A DNA stretch of 64,000 nucleotides from an uncultured Actinomycetes bacterium. GTDB lineage: Bacteria; Actinomycetota; Thermoleophilia; Gaiellales; Gaiellaceae. Of this stretch, positions 36,566 through 45,017 are shown one piece after another (positions within the stretch are counted from its first letter, which is position 1; the number at the start of each line of letters is the position of its first letter). Position numbers and translations under genes: made by a program. The stretch covers positions 8,347-72,346 of the forward strand of contig CAWFLF010000013.1 of the NCBI GenBank assembly GCA_963816605.1, written 5' to 3'. The notes beneath the pieces were generated by a model. It saw only the letters and a program-made list of their open reading frames with translations, ran no database searches and was not told the origin of the DNA.

Positions 36566-36582
36566 CCGACACGATCGAGACG

Positions 36583-38514
36583 ATGCTCCTGGAGGAGCGT
36601 CGCTACGCGCCCGACCCTGAGTTCGCGCGGCAGGCCAACGCCCAGCCCGACATCTACGAGCGCGACTGGGAGGAATTCTGGGAGACCGAGGGCCGCACTC
36701 GCGTCACGTGGTTCGAGCCGTTCTCGAAGCTCTACGAATGGGAGCCGCCGTACGCGAAGTGGTACCTCGGCGGCAAGCTGAACGTCTGCTTCAACTCCGT
36801 CGATCGCCACGTCGAGGCCGGCAACGGCGGGAAGGTCGCGTACTACTGGGAAGGCGAGCCGGAGGACGAGCGACGCACGCTCACGTTCGCCGACCTGCAG
36901 CGGGAAGTCGTGCGCTTCGCGAACGCGTTGAAGGAGCTCGGCGTCAGGAAAGGGACACCGGTCGCGATCTACATGGGCATGGTTCCGGAGCTGCCGATCG
37001 CAATGCTCGCGTGCGCGCGGCTCGGAGCGCCGCACACGGTCGTGTTCGGCGGCTTCTCGGCGGAGTCGCTGTCGGATCGCATGAACGACATGGAGTGCGA
37101 GCTCCTGATCACGCAGGACGAGGGTTGGCGGGCCGGCAAGAAGGTGCCGCTCAAGCGAAACGCCGACGAGGCCGTGACGCAGGCGCCGACCGTGCAGAAA
37201 GTCGTCGTGCTGCGGCGAACAGGCGACGACGTTCCGTTCGACGAGTCACGCGACTCCTGGTGGCACGAGCTCACGGAGGGACAGGACGACGATCCGGCCT
37301 CGGCGCCGCCCGAGCCGATGGACGCCGAGGATCTGCTCTATCTCCTCTACACGTCGGGGACGACCGCGAAGCCGAAGGGGATCGTGCATACGACCGCCGG
37401 CTATCTCGTCGGCGTCGCGTCGACGCACCACTACATCTTCGACATCAAGCCCGACTCCGTCTACTGGTGCGCGGCCGACGTCGGTTGGGTCACCGGGCAC
37501 AGCTACATCGTCTACGGGCCGCTCACGAACGGGACGACCGGCGTCATGTACGAAGGCGTGCCGAACTATCCGAATCCGGAACGCTGGTGGGAGATCGTGG
37601 AGCGCTACAAGGTCGACATTCTCTACACGGCGCCGACGGCGATCCGCTCGCACATGAAGTGGGGGCCGGAGCACGCCGAGAAGCACGACCTCTCGTCACT
37701 GCGCCTGCTCGGCAGCGTCGGCGAGCCGATCAATCCGGAGGCATGGATCTGGTACCGCGAGCACATCGGCGGCGACCGGACTCCGATCGTGGACACGTGG
37801 TGGCAGACGGAGACGGGCATGATCTTGATCACGCCGCTGCCGGGAGTGACAACGACCAAGCCCGGCTCCGCGACGAAGCCGTTCCCCGGGGTGCACGCCG
37901 GCGTCTACAGCGAGAGCGGCGACGAAGTCGGGCCGGGCGGCGGCGGCTATCTCGTGCTGAAGCGCCCGTGGCCCGCGATGCTGCGCGGGATCTACAAGGA
38001 CGACCAACGCTTCCGCGACACGTACTGGTCGAAGTACGAGGACGTCTATTTCGCCGGAGACGGCGCGCGGATCGACGAGGACGGTGACTACTGGCTGCTC
38101 GGCCGCGTCGATGACGTCATGAACGTCTCCGGCCACCGCATCTCCACGATCGAGGTCGAGAGCGCGCTCGTCGATCACAAGAAGGTCGCAGAGGCGGCAG
38201 TGTGTGGCCGCAAAGACGAGCGGACCGGCCAGGCGATCGTCGCCTATGTGACGCTGAAGGGCGGCAACGAGGGCAGCGTGGAGATGATCGAAGAGCTCCG
38301 GAACCACGTCGCGAAGAAGATCGGCCCGATCGCCAAGCCGGCGAACATCGTGTTCACCCCCGAGCTTCCCAAGACGCGCAGCGGCAAGATCATGCGGCGC
38401 TTGCTCCGCGACGTCGCGGAGCACAGAGTGCTCGGTGACACGACGACACTGGCCGATCCGGCCGTCGTGCAGGAGATCAAGGAACGCGCCACGACCGACG
38501 CCCGCGAGGACTAG
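36583..38514 (+). CDS. acs: Acetyl-CoA synthetase
   Basis: Track ORF 35656-38514 trimmed. WFEPF...WYLGGKLNVCFNSVDRH, YTSGTTAKPKG, WWQTETG, RTRSGKIMRR. Start at ATG 36583, or at TTG 36562 overlapping the pepP stop. Confidence 0.9.
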   Translation: MLLEERRYAPDPEFARQANAQPDIYERDWEEFWETEGRTRVTWFEPFSKLYEWEPPYAKWYLGGKLNVCFNSVDRHVEAGNGGKVAYYWEGEPEDERRTLTFADLQREVVRFANALKELGVRKGTPVAIYMGMVPELPIAMLACARLGAPHTVVFGGFSAESLSDRMNDMECELLITQDEGWRAGKKVPLKRNADEAVTQAPTVQKVVVLRRTGDDVPFDESRDSWWHELTEGQDDDPASAPPEPMDAEDLLYLLYTSGTTAKPKGIVHTTAGYLVGVASTHHYIFDIKPDSVYWCAADVGWVTGHSYIVYGPLTNGTTGVMYEGVPNYPNPERWWEIVERYKVDILYTAPTAIRSHMKWGPEHAEKHDLSSLRLLGSVGEPINPEAWIWYREHIGGDRTPIVDTWWQTETGMILITPLPGVTTTKPGSATKPFPGVHAGVYSESGDEVGPGGGGYLVLKRPWPAMLRGIYKDDQRFRDTYWSKYEDVYFAGDGARIDEDGDYWLLGRVDDVMNVSGHRISTIEVESALVDHKKVAEAAVCGRKDERTGQAIVAYVTLKGGNEGSVEMIEELRNHVAKKIGPIAKPANIVFTPELPKTRSGKIMRRLLRDVAEHRVLGDTTTLADPAVVQEIKERATTDARED

Positions 38515-38523
38515 TCAGTCCGC

Positions 38524-39789
38524 TCAGGCGAGGAGCTTCGCGAACCGGTCCGGGTCGTCGAACGGGCCGATCACGGCGAGGTTCAGTCCTTGCGTGTCGA
38601 TCAGGTCGCCGGCGACGCGACTGATGTCCGCGGCCGTCACCTTGTCGATCTCGGTGAGGAGCTCCTCCGGGTCCGGCGTCCTGCTCTCGAGGACTTCTCG
38701 GCGAAGCCCGAACATGATCAGGCCCTGCGACGTCTCGAGCTGGAGGACGAAACGGCCCTTCGCGAAGCTCTTGGCCTTCTCGAGCTCGTCGGCCGGTACC
38801 GGCTCCTCGGCGATCTTGCGTAGCTCGGCCGCGACGGTGGTGACGGCGTCGTCGATGCGATTGATATCGACGCCGGCCTGCGCGTAGAGCGACCCGGCGT
38901 CCGTGTAGCTGTGATTCAGGCCGTAGACGTAATACGCGAGCCCGCGCCGTTCGCGCACCTCCGTGAAAAGGCGCGAGGACATTCCGCCGCCGAGGACCGT
39001 CGAGAGGACCTGTAGCACGTAGCGGTCGGGATGCTCGAGCGGATAGCTGTGCACGCCGATGCAGATGTGCGCCTGGTCGGAAGCCTTCGTGTGCACCTTG
39101 ACCTGCGCGTGGTCTTGCGCCTTGACCTCGACCGGCTCGGGGCGACCCGTCTCCGCCTCGTCCATGTCGCCGAGCAGCTCCTGGATTCGCCCGTGGAGGT
39201 CGTCGCCGATCTTCCCGCCGATCCCGACGACCATGCGGGAGGGCCTGTACCAGCGATCGACGTAGCCGTTGAATGTCTCGCGGTTCGCGCTCCGGATCGT
39301 TTCCTTCCGGCCGAGGATGTCCCAGCCGAGCGGCTGGTCACCGTAGAGAAGCTCCTCGTACACGCCGCCGATGAAGTCGCGCGGCGTGTCGTAGTACATG
39401 TTCATCTCCTCGAGGATCACGCCTTTCTCACGGTCGATCTCCGCAGCATCGAACTTCGAGTGGCGCAGCATGTCGACGAGCACGTCGAGCGCCACGTCGC
39501 GTGACTCCGCCGCGCACTTGACGTAGTAGCCGGTGTACTCCTTGCCGGTGAAGGCGTTGAACTCTCCGCCGATGGCGTCGATCTCCATGGAGATGTCGCG
39601 CGCTGTGGGCCGGCGCTCCGTTCCCTTGAAGAACATGTGCTCCGCGAAGTGCGCGATGCCGTTCGTGTCGGGCGTCTCGTAGCGCGACCCGGCGGCGAGC
39701 ATGATCGCGCAGGTCACTGACTGGGCCGAGTCGATCGGCGCGGTCAGGATGCGGAGCCCGTTGTCGAGGCGTTCGAGGTTGTAACTCAC
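38524..39789 (-). CDS. M16-family (pitrilysin/insulinase-like) zinc peptidase
   Basis: Trimmed to GTG 39789. Inverted zinc motif HFAEH in GIAHFAEHMFFKGT. Confidence 0.85.
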   Translation of the reverse strand: MSYNLERLDNGLRILTAPIDSAQSVTCAIMLAAGSRYETPDTNGIAHFAEHMFFKGTERRPTARDISMEIDAIGGEFNAFTGKEYTGYYVKCAAESRDVALDVLVDMLRHSKFDAAEIDREKGVILEEMNMYYDTPRDFIGGVYEELLYGDQPLGWDILGRKETIRSANRETFNGYVDRWYRPSRMVVGIGGKIGDDLHGRIQELLGDMDEAETGRPEPVEVKAQDHAQVKVHTKASDQAHICIGVHSYPLEHPDRYVLQVLSTVLGGGMSSRLFTEVRERRGLAYYVYGLNHSYTDAGSLYAQAGVDINRIDDAVTTVAAELRKIAEEPVPADELEKAKSFAKGRFVLQLETSQGLIMFGLRREVLESRTPDPEELLTEIDKVTAADISRVAGDLIDTQGLNLAVIGPFDDPDRFAKLLA

Positions 39790-39802
39790 GGCCCCGGCGA
39801 TG

Positions 39803-40123
39803 CTACCGAGGCCGATCCTCCTTGCGGTAGACGAAGCGGACGGCCTGCCAGTCGCCGTCGATCGCGGCGCTCTTGTTGTCGACGAGGCCCGCAGCGAGCC
39901 CGATCTCCTGTACTGCGGGGAAATCGAGGTCGGTCTCGAGCATCGAAGCCTTCTTCGGCCAGGCGATCCAGAGCCCGTCTGCCGGCGCAAGCGTCTTCTT
40001 CAAGGCCGGAAACCGGCGCCGGAGCTCCTGACGGCTCGTGGTCAGGAACACGAGCACCCCGACACCCGGTTTGGCTCCCAGCTTCTTGCCGAGCGGCGTA
40101 GCCGAGTAGTCCTTGTCGGCCAT
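39803..40123 (-). CDS. DUF3052-like protein
   Basis: MADKDYSATPLGKKLGAKPG...LWIAWPKKAS... Confidence 0.7.
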   Translation of the reverse strand: MADKDYSATPLGKKLGAKPGVGVLVFLTTSRQELRRRFPALKKTLAPADGLWIAWPKKASMLETDLDFPAVQEIGLAAGLVDNKSAAIDGDWQAVRFVYRKEDRPR

Positions 40124-41415
40124 TAGAACCGCTGCAGGGCTCGCGTGACAGCCTCGGTGCCGAACTCCAGTGCCGCCGCCGGGATGCGCTCGTCCGCAGC
40201 GTGGACGACTTTCAGGACCGGGAAGTCGGCCGGCAGGCGCATCGGCATGAATCCGTATGTCTGGATTCCGAGCTGGGAGAAGAAGCGACCGTCCGTCACG
40301 CCGCCTTGCAGAAGCGGCATCGGGATGCCCTCCGGATCGAGCTCGCGGAGAACCCCGGCGAGCATCTCGAAGAGGGCGAGGTCGGGCTCGGCCGGGCCTG
40401 CGTCGTGACGTACGACCTCGACCTCGATGTCCTCGCCGACGATCCCGTGCAGCTCCGCGATCAGGTCGTCCGGCGTGAAGCCCGGTAGGAGTCGTCCGTC
40501 GAGCTCGAGGTCGATCTGCGCCGGGATCACGTTCACCTTCTCTCCGCCGCGGACGATCGTGGCGTTGACCGTGTTGCGCAGGAGCGTCTCGAGCCAGCGC
40601 ATCTGCGACCCGAGTCTCGGGAGGACCCGGTCGGCAACGGCCGGCTTGAGCAGCGCCAGCATCAGCTCGCGTTTGGGTCGCGGCAGGTGGGTTGCGATCG
40701 TCTCGACCATCTCGCGGACGATCGGGGTGACATGGATCGGCATCCGTTTGCGATTCAGGTCGTCCAGCAGGCGCCCGAGCCGGGCCATCGTCCCTCCGCG
40801 ATGGATCATGGCGCCGTGGCCGCCCGGGCCGCGGACCGTCGCCTTGAGCCAGCAGATCTGCTTTTCGCCGAGCTGGATCGGATAGAAGCGCTTCCCTGCG
40901 ATCACCTGGGAGATCCCGCCGGCCTCGCCGAGCGCGTGACGGACGCCCGCAAAGATCTCGGGGTGTTCCTCGACGAGGAACTTCGCACCGAAGTCGCCGC
41001 CGTTCTCCTCGTCGCTGAGCACGACGAGGATCACGTCACCCGGCAGCTTCACCTCGCCCGCGGCGGCGCGGAGGAACGCCGAGACGAACATCGCGACAGC
41101 ACCCTTCATGTCGATGGCGCCGCGCCCCCAGATCTCGCCGTCGACGAGCTCCCCTCCGAACGGGGGCCTTTGCCAATCCTGGCCGCTGGTCGTGACGACA
41201 TCGACGTGGCCCTGGAGCAGGAGCGGCGGGCTGTCGCCCGAGCCCTCGAGCCTGGCGACGAGGTTCGGCCGGTCCGTGTCCTTCGAGTAGGTCTGCGTCT
41301 CGCAGCCCGCCTCTTCCAGCAGGCTCCGCACGAAGCCGACGCACTCGGATTCGTTCCCTGGTGGGTTCGTGGTGTCGAACCGAATCAGCTGCTGGAGGAG
41401 CTCGATGGGTGTCAA
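40123..41415 (-). CDS. M20-family metallopeptidase
   Basis: LIRFDTTNPPGNE, LLLQGHVDVV, GRGAIDMKG, SDEENGG. Confidence 0.85.
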   Translation of the reverse strand: MTPIELLQQLIRFDTTNPPGNESECVGFVRSLLEEAGCETQTYSKDTDRPNLVARLEGSGDSPPLLLQGHVDVVTTSGQDWQRPPFGGELVDGEIWGRGAIDMKGAVAMFVSAFLRAAAGEVKLPGDVILVVLSDEENGGDFGAKFLVEEHPEIFAGVRHALGEAGGISQVIAGKRFYPIQLGEKQICWLKATVRGPGGHGAMIHRGGTMARLGRLLDDLNRKRMPIHVTPIVREMVETIATHLPRPKRELMLALLKPAVADRVLPRLGSQMRWLETLLRNTVNATIVRGGEKVNVIPAQIDLELDGRLLPGFTPDDLIAELHGIVGEDIEVEVVRHDAGPAEPDLALFEMLAGVLRELDPEGIPMPLLQGGVTDGRFFSQLGIQTYGFMPMRLPADFPVLKVVHAADERIPAAALEFGTEAVTRALQRF

Positions 41416-41476
41416 TGAGGTAAAGGCCCAGTAAAAATGCGGGTGTGGGCTTGTGACACCGGGATCCCTGTCGGTA

Positions 41477-41490
41477 CCTTCAATTGAAGG
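41477..41490. promoter_or_regulatory. Perfect 14-bp palindrome CCTTCAATTGAAGG overlapping the SD region of the MscS gene
   Basis: Read directly. Located 15 nt upstream of ATG 41505 in a locally AT-richer divergent intergenic region. Confidence 0.4.
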
Positions 41491-41504
41491 AAAGGTTGTA
41501 ACAG

Positions 41505-42371
41505 ATGCTCAACGCCCTCACCATCATCCTCCTCTTTGCGGCCGCCTGGGCCGTATCCCGTCTGAGCGCGATCGTGGCGCGTTGGGTGATGGCCTGGTCC
41601 GACAGCCGCCATCGCAGCCCGAGCGGAGACCTTCGGGCCAAGATCGTCGAGCTGAAGCGCCGCGAGACCAGCGTCGCCGTGATCCGGACCGGCATCGCGT
41701 ATGTCGCGTTCGGCGCCGCTCTCATCCTGTCCGCGGCGCAGCTCACCGGTGGCTTCAACAAGCTCTCGACCATTGCCGGCGCATCGTTCATTCTCATCCT
41801 GGTCGCCTTCTCCGCCCAGCGCGTGCTCATCGACATCATCGCCGGTTTCAGCATGTTCACCGAGAAGTGGTACTCGGTCGGCGACACGATCGCGATCCCG
41901 ATGATGGAGCTTCAGGGCGTCGTCGAGGACCTCTCGCTCCGTTCGACGCGTCTGCGCTCGCTCGACGGGGAGATCATCAACATCCACAACTCGCAGATCG
42001 CAGCGGTCCGCGTCCTCCCTGGCGGCTTCAAGGAGTTCGACGTCGAGCTCGTCGCCAGTAGCCGTGAAGGCGCCGAGCTGCTCATCGAGCACGTCGCCGC
42101 GATCCTGCCGGAAGGGCCGACGACTTTCGTTCAGCGCCCGACGATCCATCAGGTCGACGAAATCGCGCCGGGCCTCGTGCGCTTCCGCATGCGCGCCTCC
42201 GTGGCTCCGGGTCGGGAGTGGCTCGTGAACGGCTTCTATACGGATCTGCTCAAGGAGCGGGCCGAAAGGCACCTGATCGTGCACGGCCCCGTCGTCTTGA
42301 CGGTGGACGAGGGCGCGACTCGCAGTTTCGCCCGCGCCAGCGCCGCGACGCGCTGGGCCGGCGCCCGCTAG
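41505..42371 (+). CDS. MscS-family mechanosensitive channel
   Basis: TM helices followed by FTEKWYSVGDTIAI...GVVEDLSLRSTRLRSLDGEIINIHNSQI. Confidence 0.85.
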   Translation: MLNALTIILLFAAAWAVSRLSAIVARWVMAWSDSRHRSPSGDLRAKIVELKRRETSVAVIRTGIAYVAFGAALILSAAQLTGGFNKLSTIAGASFILILVAFSAQRVLIDIIAGFSMFTEKWYSVGDTIAIPMMELQGVVEDLSLRSTRLRSLDGEIINIHNSQIAAVRVLPGGFKEFDVELVASSREGAELLIEHVAAILPEGPTTFVQRPTIHQVDEIAPGLVRFRMRASVAPGREWLVNGFYTDLLKERAERHLIVHGPVVLTVDEGATRSFARASAATRWAGAR

Positions 42372-43531
42372 AGCTTCGAGATCTCCGCGAGCAGGCCGTC
42401 GACCTCGTCTGCGGTGTTGTAGTGGACGATGCCTGCGCGAACAGCACCGCCCTGCCCGAGGCCGAGCCGCTTCATCACCTCGACGGCGTAGTAGTCGCCC
42501 CACCACACCGCGTAACCCGCTTCGCCCAGGCGTGTCGCCGCCTCCTCGGCCGAGATGCCATCGACGTTGAACGCGAAGGTCGCGACGCGGCCGTCCATCG
42601 TCGGAAGCCCGTGGAGCGTGACGTTGTCGGGCAGGCCGCCGAGAAAGCGTTCGCCGAGTGTGCGTTCGTGCGCCGTGATCGACTCCCAGCCGATCGACTC
42701 GATGTACTCGACCGCGGCGACGAATCCCGCGAGCAGCTCGTGCGCGAGCGTGCCGGTCTCGAAGCGTCGGCCGAGCGGCGTGTCGGGTGCCGGCCTCACC
42801 TTGTAGGGACGCCAGGTCTCGAGCAGCTCTGCGCGGCCGAAGGCGAGACCGAGGTGAGGGCCGAAGAACTTGTAAGGAGAGCAGATCAGCACGTCCACTC
42901 CCCAGTCGGTCACGTCGATCGGCCCGTGTGGGCCGTAGTGGACGGCATCCGCCCAGGCGAGCGCACCGGCGTCGTGGGCTAGCTCGGCTATGCGCCGCAC
43001 GTCGGTGAGGGTGCCGACGGAGTTGGACGCGACCGGGAACGCAACGACTCGCGTGCGCTCAGAGAGTTGGCTCTCGAGGTCGGCGAGGTCGAGCGTGGTG
43101 TCGTCGTTGATGTCCACGAACCGCACCACGAGGTTCTTGTCGTGCGCAAGCTCGAGCCACGGAGACACGTTCGCGTCGTGGTCGAGCCTGGTGACGACGA
43201 TCTCGTCGCCTTCCCGCCACTCACGTCCTGCGGTGCGTGTCAACGCGAACGCGAGCGTCGACATGTTCGCGCCGAAGATCGCCTCCTCGGGGCCGGCGCC
43301 GAGGAATTCGCCGGCCGTCATCCGCGCCTGGGCCACGAGTGCCTCGGTGCGGCGGCTCGTCTCGTACGGCCCGCTGACGTTGGCGTTCGACTCCCGGTAG
43401 TAACGGGAGACCGCGTCGATCACTTCGTCGGGCACCTGTGTGCCACCTGGCCCGTCGAAGAAGGCCAACGGCTGTCGTAGGGCCGAGTAACGGGCTCGAA
43501 CCGCCTCGACGTCGAAGGTGACGGTGGACAC
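42368..43531 (-). CDS. Class-V aminotransferase / cysteine desulfurase-like protein
   Basis: Trimmed to GTG 43531. FFDGPGGTQVP, TRLDHDANV, SPYKFFGPHLG (PLP-Lys region). Confidence 0.8.
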   Translation of the reverse strand: MSTVTFDVEAVRARYSALRQPLAFFDGPGGTQVPDEVIDAVSRYYRESNANVSGPYETSRRTEALVAQARMTAGEFLGAGPEEAIFGANMSTLAFALTRTAGREWREGDEIVVTRLDHDANVSPWLELAHDKNLVVRFVDINDDTTLDLADLESQLSERTRVVAFPVASNSVGTLTDVRRIAELAHDAGALAWADAVHYGPHGPIDVTDWGVDVLICSPYKFFGPHLGLAFGRAELLETWRPYKVRPAPDTPLGRRFETGTLAHELLAGFVAAVEYIESIGWESITAHERTLGERFLGGLPDNVTLHGLPTMDGRVATFAFNVDGISAEEAATRLGEAGYAVWWGDYYAVEVMKRLGLGQGGAVRAGIVHYNTADEVDGLLAEISKL

Positions 43532-43558
43532 CGGTGAAGACGTTACTACGATTGCGGT

Positions 43559-43846
43559 ATGGCTCCGGCGACGAAAGAGCGGATCGACCAGGGCACCGGG
43601 ACGGGGCTCGGCAAGCCGTGGAACGTGATCGTGCTGAACGACAACCACAACACGTTCCAGGGTGTCGCCTCCGCGTTGTCGTCAACGATTCCCGACGTCT
43701 CGTACGACAAGGGCCTGCAACTCGCAGACCGGATCCACAACAGTGGCCGTGCAGTCGTCTGGTCAGGCCACAAGGAAGTCGCTGAGCACTACTGGCAGCA
43801 GCTCCAGGGTCATGGCCTGACGATGTCGCCGCTCGAACGGTCTTAG
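43559..43846 (+). CDS. clpS: ATP-dependent Clp protease adaptor ClpS
   Basis: PWNVIVLNDNHNTFQGV...A..IH..G.AVV, 95 aa. Confidence 0.85.
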   Translation: MAPATKERIDQGTGTGLGKPWNVIVLNDNHNTFQGVASALSSTIPDVSYDKGLQLADRIHNSGRAVVWSGHKEVAEHYWQQLQGHGLTMSPLERS

Positions 43847-44253
43847 AGAGCGGCGCCGTTCACGGTCCAGTGGTAGCTCGGTGACGGCTTGAGCGAAGCG
43901 CCGACGAAACAGTCCCGCTCGGCCTTGGCGAGCAGGGCGGCGAGCTCGTCACCTGGCGGGACGGGGTCGAGCTCCAGCGCGAGCTCCACGCCGATCTCGA
44001 CGAACGCATAACGCCCGTCGTCGGATCGCCGCGTCACCGTCGCGAACGCCGAGCCGCTCGCGACGAAATCGATCTCCGTCGGTGCGGCGTGGAAGCGCAG
44101 GCTCTGCAAAGTGCAGCGGATCAGCCCGGCAAGCACCAGATGCTCGGGCGTCCAGGCGGGATCGAGGGCGAGCGGCGACTGGCCGTCGGCGGTCACGCGG
44201 CCGGTGCGGTCGAGCCCGATCGCGTAGCGAAACTCCTTGGCCCCGGCTGCCAT
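43843..44253 (-). CDS. OsmC-family protein
   Basis: TPEHLVLAGLIRC...AERDCFVGASL, 136 aa. Confidence 0.7.
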   Translation of the reverse strand: MAAGAKEFRYAIGLDRTGRVTADGQSPLALDPAWTPEHLVLAGLIRCTLQSLRFHAAPTEIDFVASGSAFATVTRRSDDGRYAFVEIGVELALELDPVPPGDELAALLAKAERDCFVGASLKPSPSYHWTVNGAAL

Positions 44254-44311
44254 CCTCGTATCCTGCCGGGCGGTGGGAGGAACCGTCCGGAGTGCGTCGT
44301 AATCTCTGGCT

Positions 44312-44515
44312 ATGCGACGGCTCCGGTCGCTCAGCGAGGCTGAGTGTTACGCCAGGTGTTACGGAGGCTGGGAAGACTCGGTCCGAATCGTCAGGCTCGA
44401 GCCGCGTCGGGCGAGCCCCGAGCTGGCGGTCGAAGGCGAGGCGCTGCGGGTGCGTTTCGAGGAGTTCCTCGATGCCCGTGACCCACTCGAGCTCGCCGAG
44501 CCCGAAGCAGCCTGA
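44312..44515 (+). CDS. Hypothetical 67-aa ORF overlapping the mug start
   Basis: Track ORF with high GC3. No family recognised. Overlaps the mug ATG by 44 nt and may be spurious. Confidence 0.25.
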   Translation: MRRLRSLSEAECYARCYGGWEDSVRIVRLEPRRASPELAVEGEALRVRFEEFLDARDPLELAEPEAA

Positions 44516-45017
44516 GTCTGCGATCCCGGACATCCTTGCGCCCGGTCTGCGGGTGCTCTTCTGCGGGATCAACCCCGGCCGCGTGTCCGCGGCGGCCGCG
44601 GCGCACTTCGCAAATCCACGCAACGACTTCTGGCGGCTCCTGCATGCGGCGGGATTCACGCCGCGCCTGCTCGAGCCGGCCGAGCAGTTCGAGCTCCTGA
44701 ACTACGGCATCGGCGTGACGAATGCGGCGGCGCGGACGACGCCGGGCTCGGGCGATCTGCGCAAAGGAGATTTCGCAGGAGCCGCCGAGCGCCTCGAGCG
44801 GATCGCGAGCGATCTGGGTCCCGCGTGGATCGGATTCGTCGGCAAGGAGGCGTACCGCGGCTCGTTCGGCGACCGCCCGGAGCTCGGAGAGCAGGAGCGG
44901 CGCCTGGCGGACACGCGCCTGTTCGTCCTCCCGTCGACCTCGCCGGCGAACGCCGCCGTCCCGTGGGCGGAACGGCTGCGTTGGTTCGAAGAGCTCAGCC
45001 GCGCCAGCGGTTCGTGA
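44472..45017 (+). CDS. mug: G/U mismatch-specific uracil-DNA glycosylase (Mug, UDG family 2)
   Basis: Trimmed to Met131 of track ORF 44082-45017. DILAPGLRVLFCGINPG and LPSTSPANA. Confidence 0.85.
   Translation: MPVTHSSSPSPKQPESAIPDILAPGLRVLFCGINPGRVSAAAAAHFANPRNDFWRLLHAAGFTPRLLEPAEQFELLNYGIGVTNAAARTTPGSGDLRKGDFAGAAERLERIASDLGPAWIGFVGKEAYRGSFGDRPELGEQERRLADTRLFVLPSTSPANAAVPWAERLRWFEELSRASGS

Noticed and set aside
35656-36582. N-terminal extensions of many track ORFs. Examples: the 952-aa form of acs, the 504-aa form of cysA, the 541-aa aminotransferase, the 712-aa ligase, the 394-aa and 386-aa minus-strand ORFs at 28788 and 30025, and the 908-aa helicase.
   Set aside because: The extensions overlap well-supported upstream genes and are Arg-rich nonsense. 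I trimmed the starts to the first start codon compatible with the conserved N-terminus and with the neighbour's stop, which often gave ATGA/GTGA overlaps.
44312-45017. The possibility that the 67-aa ORF and mug are one frameshifted gene with an N-terminal extension.
   Set aside because: Mug from Met 44472 is already full-length (181 aa) and begins just before the conserved DILAPGLRVLFCGINPG. The 67-aa product matches nothing I recognise as a Mug extension. I kept it as a separate low-confidence ORF.
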